Below are positions 56,597 through 64,000 of a DNA stretch of 64,000 bases, in pieces. Below the pieces are notes generated by a model. That model saw only the letters and a list, made by a program, of their open reading frames with translations. It was not told the DNA's origin and ran no database searches. Source of the DNA: Patescibacteria group bacterium (GTDB lineage: Bacteria > Patescibacteriota > CPR2 > UBA1875). Each line of letters opens with the position of its first letter. The stretch's first letter is position 1. A program made the translations under genes and the position numbers. The stretch spans positions 118-64,117 of the forward strand of contig JBGSRK010000014.1 in assembly GCA_041737595.1 (NCBI GenBank), written 5' to 3'.

Positions 56597-57991
56597 TTAT
56601 TTATTTAACTCTTTATTAAAAAAATCATTAAGCTTTGAAATTTCTAATCTTTTTTGTTCCATATTATCTCTATCTCTGATTGTAACAGTATTTTTTTCTA
56701 AAGTGTCAAAATCAACTGTAATGCAATATGGCGTACCAATTTCATCTTGCCTTCTATATCTTTTACCAATATTCCCATTGTCATCAAATTCACAAGAAAA
56801 TTGTTCTTTAAGTATATCAAAAATTTCTTTAGCTTTTTTAACAAGCTCCGGCTTATTTTTAAGAAGAGGGAAAACAGCAACCTTAATAGGAGCTAAGTTT
56901 CTTGGAAATTTCATGACAATTCTATCTTCATCTCCAACTTTTTCTTCAGTGTAAGCTAAATCCATTACTGCAAACAAAATTCTACTTAAGCCCGCAGCAG
57001 TTTCTACAATATTTGGCATATACTTTTTATTTGTTTTTGGATCTGTATAAGAAAGGTCAGTTCCTGAAAATTTAGAATGTTGAGATAAATCCCAATCGCC
57101 TCTGGCATGTATGCCCTCGATTTCATCAAAATTACCAAGTGATTTAAAATTATATTCAATATCGTATGCTTCGGTTGCGTAATGAGCCAGCTTATTATGT
57201 TTATGCCACCTAAGTGACTTTTCTGGAAAACCAAGGGATAGATACCAGTCCCAACGTATCTTCTTCCAAGATTTGTAATATTTTTCCTCATCTTCTGGCG
57301 CTACAAAATACTGCATTTCCATTTGTTCAAACTCGCGAGTGCGAAAAATAAATTGACGAGCTACTATCTCATTCCTGAATGCTTTACCAACTTGTGCTAC
57401 CCCAAAAGGAATTTTAGGATGCAAGGAATCCATTATATTTTTATATTCGAGATAGATACCGCCACAAGTCTCTGGTCTTAAATAAACTACATTCTCTTCA
57501 GATAATGCTTCTGTAGGTGAACCTAAGTTAGATTTAACCATCATAGAAAAAACTTTGGCTTTTGTTATTTCTGTAGAACCACACTTATCGCATTTTAATT
57601 TTTTTTCTTTTCGTAATTTATCTAACTCTCTATTTATAAATTCAATAGATTCCTTATCGGCAGATATCCCCATTCCTTCAAGCACTTTATCTGCCCTCAT
57701 TCTATTTTTACATTTTTTACAATCAATCTGGGGGTCATTAAACCCTTCTAAGTGTCCCGAAGCTTCCCATGTCTTTGGGTGCATAAATATTGCACTATCT
57801 AAACCATAAACATCTTCTCTAGTTTGAACCATATCTTTAAGCCAACTAGATCGAATATTATCCTTTAATAACACCCCATAGTGGCCATAGTCATAGATTG
57901 CAGAAAGTCCGCCATAAATCTCTGACGATGGATATATAAAGCCTCTTCTTTTCGATAAAGATACAATTTTTTCAAAATCATTATTTGCCAA
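56597..57991 (-). CDS. glyQS: Glycyl-tRNA synthetase, alpha2 dimeric class II type.
   Basis: Length 464 aa. Class II motifs FRNEIVARQFIFRTREFEQME and GIHARGDWDL. Confidence 0.9.
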   Translation of the reverse strand: MANNDFEKIVSLSKRRGFIYPSSEIYGGLSAIYDYGHYGVLLKDNIRSSWLKDMVQTREDVYGLDSAIFMHPKTWEASGHLEGFNDPQIDCKKCKNRMRADKVLEGMGISADKESIEFINRELDKLRKEKKLKCDKCGSTEITKAKVFSMMVKSNLGSPTEALSEENVVYLRPETCGGIYLEYKNIMDSLHPKIPFGVAQVGKAFRNEIVARQFIFRTREFEQMEMQYFVAPEDEEKYYKSWKKIRWDWYLSLGFPEKSLRWHKHNKLAHYATEAYDIEYNFKSLGNFDEIEGIHARGDWDLSQHSKFSGTDLSYTDPKTNKKYMPNIVETAAGLSRILFAVMDLAYTEEKVGDEDRIVMKFPRNLAPIKVAVFPLLKNKPELVKKAKEIFDILKEQFSCEFDDNGNIGKRYRRQDEIGTPYCITVDFDTLEKNTVTIRDRDNMEQKRLEISKLNDFFNKELNK

Positions 57992-58319
57992 AACTAAAGT
58001 TCTCCTTACTTGACATTTTTTCTTTTATTTCTGTATCGATTTTACCAAGTTTTTTAAGGTATTCCAAATCAAATAAATATAATTGATATTGTTGTTCAAT
58101 TTTTTCAGGATATTCCTGGGCAAAAACTGAAAGAGTTCTTGTTGTTTCTAAAAACCATTGTTCAATATCTTCGGTTTCCATTATCTCTCCTTCTGTTATT
58201 CCATTAAAGACACAGATTGGAGGTTCTTCATTCCAAACCTTATAATCATTAAGATTCCAAGAAAGCGGTGCCTTCCCTTTTTTATATGTTTTTTTCCAAT
58301 TTTCTTGAGCTTTGTTCAT
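57981..58319 (-). CDS. Hypothetical protein (112 aa).
   Basis: ORF that overlaps recO by 4 nt. Confidence 0.4.
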   Translation of the reverse strand: MNKAQENWKKTYKKGKAPLSWNLNDYKVWNEEPPICVFNGITEGEIMETEDIEQWFLETTRTLSVFAQEYPEKIEQQYQLYLFDLEYLKKLGKIDTEIKEKMSSKENFSFGK

Positions 58320-59038
58320 ATTATTTTTGATTTAGGAATTTTTGGAAGTATATCATATAAATAATTATAAATCACTTCAGAAATTTCTTTTTCATAAATA
58401 TTAATATCTTTAATACTAATGATTTTATTTATATTTTTACTTTCAAATATTCTTAATATTTTATAAACATTTTTTGAAATTTTAACCCCATCTTTATTGC
58501 AATTAACACAATATACTCCTTCAAAGCTTCCAAAATAATAATCACATTCATTAATCGAAATACCACATTTTTTACAACAAGCATAATTTGGTTTATAGCC
58601 CGAAGATTCTAAAATTAAATATTCAAAAAAAGAGATTAATATATTTTGTTTACATTCATCTACTTTATTTAACAATAACAATATTTTTTTTGCATATATA
58701 TAAATATTATTATTAGCAACTCCTTCCTCAGATGAAATATCTAAAAGCTCAATTAGATAAGCAGCCTTTTTATACGTTGCAAGATTTTTAGTTAAATTAA
58801 TATTTTGTTCACTTGATTCGGCTCCAACTAAAATCGGAAAATTTTTACCCATTAATAAATTATATTTTCCTATAGTAAAAGGTTCTATATGACAAGCCAT
58901 CTTGCTTTTTATTTTCCTAGAGCCCTTAGCAATAAATTTTATTTTCCCCTCTTCTTTTGTATAAGCAAAAACGAGACGATCTGCTTCGCCCCAATTTTTT
59001 CTGCCAAGTATTATTGCTTCAATGGATTTTTTTTGCAC
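58316..59038 (-). CDS. recO: DNA repair protein RecO.
   Basis: N-terminal OB fold AIILGRKNWGEADRLVFAYT. C-terminal zinc finger CKKCG...CVNCN. Confidence 0.75.
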   Translation of the reverse strand: MQKKSIEAIILGRKNWGEADRLVFAYTKEEGKIKFIAKGSRKIKSKMACHIEPFTIGKYNLLMGKNFPILVGAESSEQNINLTKNLATYKKAAYLIELLDISSEEGVANNNIYIYAKKILLLLNKVDECKQNILISFFEYLILESSGYKPNYACCKKCGISINECDYYFGSFEGVYCVNCNKDGVKISKNVYKILRIFESKNINKIISIKDINIYEKEISEVIYNYLYDILPKIPKSKII

Positions 59039-59478
59039 TCGTTTATTGATTTTTTAATTTCTTTTATTAATTCATTAGTTGTATAGTTTGATTTTATCAG
59101 ATACTTTCTTATTCCTAAAGTGTTAAGAAAATCAATATCGTAGACTATTCTATTTTCACCATAGTTAGAAACAACTAAATATTCTAAATTTGTTGTATTA
59201 AATTCATCTTTAAGCTCTTTTATTAATTCAAACCCATTTAGACCAGGTAACAATATATCTGTGATAATAAGGTCTGGAATATTTATACCAACTTCGTAAA
59301 TAGCCATTTTTGCATTTTTTACACATTTAAATAAAATCCCCTCTCTAGAAAGTTTTTCTGAAAGGAGTTTATAAAATATTGGGTCGTTATCGACTACTAA
59401 AACCCTGGGTATTAATTTTTTATTCACGTAATTAATTTTACTTTTAAAAAAATGGACATTATATATCAAAATGTCCAA
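59011..59478 (-). CDS. Single-domain response regulator (receiver).
   Basis: VLVVDNDP ... DLIITDILLPGLNGFEL receiver motifs. Confidence 0.6.
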   Translation of the reverse strand: MDILIYNVHFFKSKINYVNKKLIPRVLVVDNDPIFYKLLSEKLSREGILFKCVKNAKMAIYEVGINIPDLIITDILLPGLNGFELIKELKDEFNTTNLEYLVVSNYGENRIVYDIDFLNTLGIRKYLIKSNYTTNELIKEIKKSINECKKNPLKQ

Positions 59479-59505
59479 ATATTAATAAAAGATTTATATG
59501 AAAAT

Positions 59506-59925
59506 TTATGCAGTTTCTTTAAACGCCTTACCCACAATACTTCCTTGATTTTCTAAAACATCAGATATAACTTCCACAACCTCTTCTGGAGTATGTTCAA
59601 CTTTTATAAGATATTCAGCAGCACCATTAAGCATACCTTCGGTAATATTAGGCATCTCACCATAATTAGAAAGAATGACAACTGGTATTTCCTTTGTTGA
59701 ATTATCAGATTTTAATTTCTTTAAAACCTCAAAACCGTTCATTACTGGTAGCATAAGATCAAGAACTACAATGTCTGGCAGTTCTGTTTTAGCAACTTCA
59801 AGCCCTTCAGCCCCATCTTCTGCCTTGACTACTCTGAATCCACTCGAAGTAAACTTTTTATCATATAGATCTAAAAGCGGAACTTCGTCTTCTACTATTA
59901 GTACTTTATAACCCTCTTTAACCAT
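59506..59925 (-). CDS. CheY-like single-domain response regulator.
   Basis: KVLIVEDE ... DIVVLDLMLPVMNGFEVLKKLK ... K at the end of the receiver fold. Confidence 0.75.
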   Translation of the reverse strand: MVKEGYKVLIVEDEVPLLDLYDKKFTSSGFRVVKAEDGAEGLEVAKTELPDIVVLDLMLPVMNGFEVLKKLKSDNSTKEIPVVILSNYGEMPNITEGMLNGAAEYLIKVEHTPEEVVEVISDVLENQGSIVGKAFKETA

Positions 59926-59949
59926 ATATTTATTGTATCAAATGTTTGT

Positions 59950-62067
59950 TTATTTGCCAAATACTTTTAAATAATCAAATTTTAAATCCTTAGTCGGTTC
60001 TGTCCCTGGTATGTAATATTCTAATATGTTTGGTAATCTTTGAGATGAAGAAGGTAGACCAGTTCTAGGTGTTATCCACATTTCAGAGATTCCTTCAGGT
60101 TTTGTAAACAATTCAGCTGGTATATCTTGATGAATAGATTTCATTATATCATTCCAAATATATGCAGCCCCTTCGATACCTGAAACTCGGGACATAACTG
60201 TTCTATCATTGTTCCCCATCCAAACACCAACCGTATAATTTGGAGTATAACCCATTGTCCAGGAATCTGCATAATTATCTGTAGTACCAGTTTTTGCAGC
60301 AACTACCCTATCTTTTAAATATAAAGGGCTAGAGCTCCCAAAAACCATAGATCTTGCTTTATTATCAGAAAGGATACTTGTCATTATATATGCTGCCTTG
60401 TCATCAATAACCTGTTTAAATGATTTCTTTTTTTCAAAAACTACTTCATCTTCTGCATCAATAATTTTGTTTATACTTGTAAAAGAAGCCAGACGACCGT
60501 TATTTGCAAAAACAGAATATGCTCTTGTTAACTCAAAAAGTTTTACTTCTGCGCTACCAAGTCCGATTGATAAACCATAATTATTATCTTCTTCGAGAGT
60601 TGTTATGCCAAGCTTTTTGGCAGTTTCAATTATTTTATCTACCCCAACTAATTTTGCCATTTCAACTGCAGGTATATTTAAGGAGTTAGCAAGCGCGATT
60701 CTCATTGTCACATTTCCGTGATAAGAACCATCATAGTTCCTTGGTTTATATGCCGGATTTCCACCAAAATTAACATATTTGTCAGCAAATAATGAAGAAG
60801 CTGTAAATTTAGACAAGAGCCCAGACATATAAACAATTGGCTTGAAAGATGAACCAGGCTGTCTTAATGATGTGGCAACATTAACTTTACTTTCTTCCCA
60901 ATTTATTCCACCAACCATCCCCGAAATTTCATAATTTTTGTTATCAAGTATTACCGCTGCAGCATTTGTAACTTTTCTACTTTTAAATTTATTCTCAATA
61001 TATTCTTTTGTAATTTCTTCTACTTTTTCTTGAACACTTGGGTTAAGGGAAGTATAAACTTCAAAACCACCACGAGAAAAGTTTTCATCTCCAATCTTCT
61101 CTTTTAGTTCATTTTTAGTATACTCAACAAAATTAGGATATTTTAGTGTCAGACTTAAATTTTGGTCATTAAAATATATAGCTTGATTTGCAGACTCTTT
61201 CGCTTGTTCTAAAGTAATCTTCCCAGTAAGTACCATTTTTGATAATACATACTCTTGCCTTTTTTTTGCTTGTTCATAATCACCTGAAATTGGAGAAAGT
61301 CTTGTTGGTGAAACCGGTAATCCAACAAGCATAGAAACTTCAGCTAAATCTAATTCAGAAACATCCTTATCATAATATGTTTTTGCGGCATTTTTAATCC
61401 CAAGCGCTTGTTCACCATAATAAACATTATTTAAATAATCTTCTAATATTTGATCTTTGGATTCTCTTTTTTCAATTTGAATAGCATATATTATTTCTTT
61501 AATTTTTCTTTCAAAACTTTTTTCATTTGTTAAATATAAATTTTTTACTAACTGTTGAGTTATAGAACTCCCCCCCTGTGAATAATTATTTTCAGAAAAT
61601 AAATCTGTGATTTTAGAAAAACCTGATTTATCACTATTGATAACATTTAAATAAGCGGCTCGTGCTAACCCCTTTGGATCAACTGCACCATGATTATAAA
61701 AATCAGCATCTTCAGAAGCAAGTGTCGCTGTTTTTATAACCTCAGGTACGTCTGAAATTTTAATATAATCAGGATTTTTTGCACCATAACTTTCATAAAT
61801 TATATTATTGTCTTTATCATAAAATACGATTTGTGTAGAATTACTTCTTTTTTTTGCTGTATCAAAAGACTTTGCATAAGAAGAATATACCCCATAACCT
61901 AAAAAAAATGATACTAAAACTAATCCAGATATAGCTGTTAAAATTGATAAAAAAAATATTTTAACTCCTCGAGCAAAGATTTTTAAATATTTATTTATTT
62001 TACCTATATTTTCTGGTTTACTATTAATTTCTTCTATTGTTTCAGAAGTCTTTTTTTCTTTTTTCAA
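59950..62067 (-). CDS. Class A penicillin-binding protein (transglycosylase plus transpeptidase).
   Basis: GT51 motifs EDADFYNHGAVD and GGSSITQQLVKN. Transpeptidase SXXK (SSFKP), SLN and KTGT motifs. Confidence 0.9.
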   Translation of the reverse strand: MKKEKKTSETIEEINSKPENIGKINKYLKIFARGVKIFFLSILTAISGLVLVSFFLGYGVYSSYAKSFDTAKKRSNSTQIVFYDKDNNIIYESYGAKNPDYIKISDVPEVIKTATLASEDADFYNHGAVDPKGLARAAYLNVINSDKSGFSKITDLFSENNYSQGGSSITQQLVKNLYLTNEKSFERKIKEIIYAIQIEKRESKDQILEDYLNNVYYGEQALGIKNAAKTYYDKDVSELDLAEVSMLVGLPVSPTRLSPISGDYEQAKKRQEYVLSKMVLTGKITLEQAKESANQAIYFNDQNLSLTLKYPNFVEYTKNELKEKIGDENFSRGGFEVYTSLNPSVQEKVEEITKEYIENKFKSRKVTNAAAVILDNKNYEISGMVGGINWEESKVNVATSLRQPGSSFKPIVYMSGLLSKFTASSLFADKYVNFGGNPAYKPRNYDGSYHGNVTMRIALANSLNIPAVEMAKLVGVDKIIETAKKLGITTLEEDNNYGLSIGLGSAEVKLFELTRAYSVFANNGRLASFTSINKIIDAEDEVVFEKKKSFKQVIDDKAAYIMTSILSDNKARSMVFGSSSPLYLKDRVVAAKTGTTDNYADSWTMGYTPNYTVGVWMGNNDRTVMSRVSGIEGAAYIWNDIMKSIHQDIPAELFTKPEGISEMWITPRTGLPSSSQRLPNILEYYIPGTEPTKDLKFDYLKVFGK

Positions 62068-62085
62068 TTAAACCTCAATAAAATA

Positions 62086-62259
62086 TTATTTAGAATTTTT
62101 CAAATAAAGTGCATAAAGAACTAAAATAATTGCAACTTCAAGCCATTGAGTTGGTGCAAGCCATAAGTCGCTAGCAGCAAAAGCGCCATAAGTTGCCAAA
62201 ATAACTGGTAACACAGATAAATAAAATAACCAGTCTGCGTATTTTGCAAAATCTTTCAT
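62086..62259 (-). CDS. Small membrane protein (57 aa), MKDFAKYADWLFYLSVLPVILATYGAFAASDLWLAPTQWLEVAIILVLYALYLKNSK. It is not in the ORF track.
   Basis: Hand translation. RBS gaaagggg upstream. Two TM helices. Confidence 0.3.
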   Translation of the reverse strand: MKDFAKYADWLFYLSVLPVILATYGAFAASDLWLAPTQWLEVAIILVLYALYLKNSK

Positions 62260-62285
62260 AATGCCCCTTTCTGCAAATATATTGC

Positions 62286-62816
62286 TTAATTAATATTTTT
62301 AATCTCTTGGTTATCAAGTTCGATATGGTCAGCTTCAACTTCTGAAAGTGCTTTAAAAAATACTTTTAATCTTTCATTTTTTGAATTGGGGATAAATGTT
62401 TCATAAAGCTTAGAGGCATGTTCTTCTTTTATTTTTGAAAATTCTAAATTTTTAAGATCACTTCCTTTTTCTTCACTTGGTTCAAAAATTGAAGAATCTT
62501 TTTGTCCTTTTAATAATTTTATAGCGACATTGTAGTGTTCATTCTCAATTTTTGCCAAATATTTAAAATAACCTTTCATTTTATCGGTTTTGGCTGAATT
62601 TGAGGCTGCACGATAAAATCGAGTGTTTTCATATTCTAATTCTCTGGTGGTTTCTAAATTAGCCTTTTCTGTTTCTGTTAATTCAAAACCTAAATTTTCA
62701 TCTTTCCAAACAGACAATTTAACCAAATACATCCCATGTGCACCACAAAACGGGCAATGAGTTGGGTGTTTACCAAAATACACTTCTCCACAAATTCTAC
62801 ATCTAGTTAGTTCCAT
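62286..62816 (-). CDS. Rubredoxin-like zinc ribbon fused to a ferritin-like, rubrerythrin-type domain.
   Basis: N-terminal CRICG...CPFCG. Later ENEH and EADHIE E-x-x-H pairs. Confidence 0.5.
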   Translation of the reverse strand: MELTRCRICGEVYFGKHPTHCPFCGAHGMYLVKLSVWKDENLGFELTETEKANLETTRELEYENTRFYRAASNSAKTDKMKGYFKYLAKIENEHYNVAIKLLKGQKDSSIFEPSEEKGSDLKNLEFSKIKEEHASKLYETFIPNSKNERLKVFFKALSEVEADHIELDNQEIKNIN

Positions 62817-62929
62817 ATTTCCCCCTATCTATATTAATAATAACTATTTTTTTTAATCATTACAATAAAAATTAGCTAAAAATACAAATCATCAATTTAT
62901 TATGTAAATCTTTCTGATAAAATTTAAAA

Positions 62930-63811
62930 TTAAAAGAAAGATAATAACGCTATCCCAAATATTATAATAGCGATTCCAATTAATTGATTTTTTTGTAATC
63001 TTTCCTTTAGAAATATTCTAGCCAAAATTAATGTTGGGATTGAAAAGGTAGCAGCTAAAACAGTGATTATACTGACATAACTAGTAACGCCATATCCCCA
63101 GGTTAATGCTACATATGCAATAACATCTAAAAGACCCACAAACATCAACCACCTAAATACATTTTTATCCCTAACTATGACGGTCTTTTTTGATGCTTTA
63201 AGTGTGAATAGAAGCATTAATGACATAATTACCCTTAATAATAAAATCAGAACAACCCAGTTTTGTCCTCCTACAATCTTATCCCAAAACGGGAACCAAA
63301 AAGAAAATAACAAAACAGCCAATAATGCCTCTGGTATTCCATTGGCAAAATCTTCTTTTTTAAAGCCTCTTTTTTTAAGTTCAGCAATATCAGTTGATGC
63401 TAAAATAATACCTATAACAATTAAAAAAAGGAATAAACTGGTTTGTAATGTAAGTTTTTCTCCTAGAAATATAGCAGCAATTATTACAGAAAATGCAGAA
63501 TATGATGCCACTATTGGACTTACAATGCTTGCTTTGCCCTTTTCAAGAGCTTTATAGAACATTAGGTAACCAACTGCATCAACAAGCGCCATAAAAATTA
63601 CCCAAGCAAAAAGAGTCCACGTTATACCAGAAAAATCCCCTTTAATTAAGAAAAATAGGAACAATGGAATAATACCAAATGCTTGCATCCAGAATAAAGA
63701 AACTAAGTCCCCCACTTTATCCACTGACTTTTTAGCAAAAAAATCAGCTGTACCCCAACCGATCATAGAGATAAGCCCTGCTACAATTGCAATAATTAAT
63801 CCGTTTTGCAT
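62930..63811 (-). CDS. EamA/DMT-family transporter.
   Basis: Ten TM helices in two EamA repeats. Confidence 0.8.
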   Translation of the reverse strand: MQNGLIIAIVAGLISMIGWGTADFFAKKSVDKVGDLVSLFWMQAFGIIPLFLFFLIKGDFSGITWTLFAWVIFMALVDAVGYLMFYKALEKGKASIVSPIVASYSAFSVIIAAIFLGEKLTLQTSLFLFLIVIGIILASTDIAELKKRGFKKEDFANGIPEALLAVLLFSFWFPFWDKIVGGQNWVVLILLLRVIMSLMLLFTLKASKKTVIVRDKNVFRWLMFVGLLDVIAYVALTWGYGVTSYVSIITVLAATFSIPTLILARIFLKERLQKNQLIGIAIIIFGIALLSFF

Positions 63812-63897
63812 ACTTAAATAATAACATATACAGGTTATAATATTCTAACCATAATTTGATATATCAAAAAATGCTTAACTTAGGCATTAAAATTAGC

Positions 63898-64000
63898 TAG
63901 GGAGGAGGGATTCGCCTTCTCACTCCGATTCGAAGTCCGGGGTGCATCACACAGGAAAGCTACATGTATTCGCTTCCCCCACTCGCACCCGTTCGAATCC
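63898..64000 (-). repeat. Copy (b) of the repeat family seen at 9024-9125, truncated by the window edge. Its minus-strand end GGCGAATCCCTCCTCCC resembles the tRNA-Gln 3' end.
   Basis: About 75% identity to copy (a), including ctcactccgattcg and gggaggagggattcg. Confidence 0.45.

Noticed and set aside
1-64000. CRISPR arrays, rRNA genes, transposase or integrase genes.
   Set aside because: No regularly spaced short direct repeats were seen. No rRNA-like conserved stretches were seen. No ORF has recognisable transposase DDE or tyrosine-recombinase motifs. The only tandem repeats are the in-frame units of about 290 bp in the surface-protein gene.

Overview
This window is a gene-dense (about 85% coding) stretch of a low-GC (about 30% GC) bacterial chromosome, and almost every gene is on the minus strand. 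The gene content is consistent with a small-genome, CPR-like bacterium with a peptidoglycan wall. Recognisable housekeeping genes are trxB, gltX, a P-type cation ATPase, a PIF1/RecD-like helicase, mreB, murA, nfo, rpmA, rplI, ctpA-like protease, ftsE, ftsX, prfB, secA, hpf, serS, lysS, greA, glyQS, recO and a class A PBP. There are three tRNAs: Glu-CTC (minus), Gln-CTG (minus) and Leu-CAA (plus). There is also a sortase with candidate surface substrates, a patatin-like lipase, an NYN-domain protein and several orphan receiver-domain proteins. No rRNA genes or CRISPR arrays were seen. Four discrete high-GC (about 48-58% GC) expression cassettes stand out against this background, at about 283-1400, 16430-17330, 21410-22800 and 22885-23870. 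Each has its own RBS and a GC-rich hairpin terminator, and two of them share a nearly identical terminator element. Two tRNA loci also carry partial duplications of the tRNA ends. At tRNA-Gln a GIY-YIG nuclease gene sits wedged against the tRNA, and a member of a tRNA-3'-end-related repeat family seen twice in the window (9024-9125 and 63898-64000) lies beside it. An atypical sigma-70-region-4 protein with a long coiled coil is also present. All calls rest on reading the sequence and on recognising motifs, and no database search was run.
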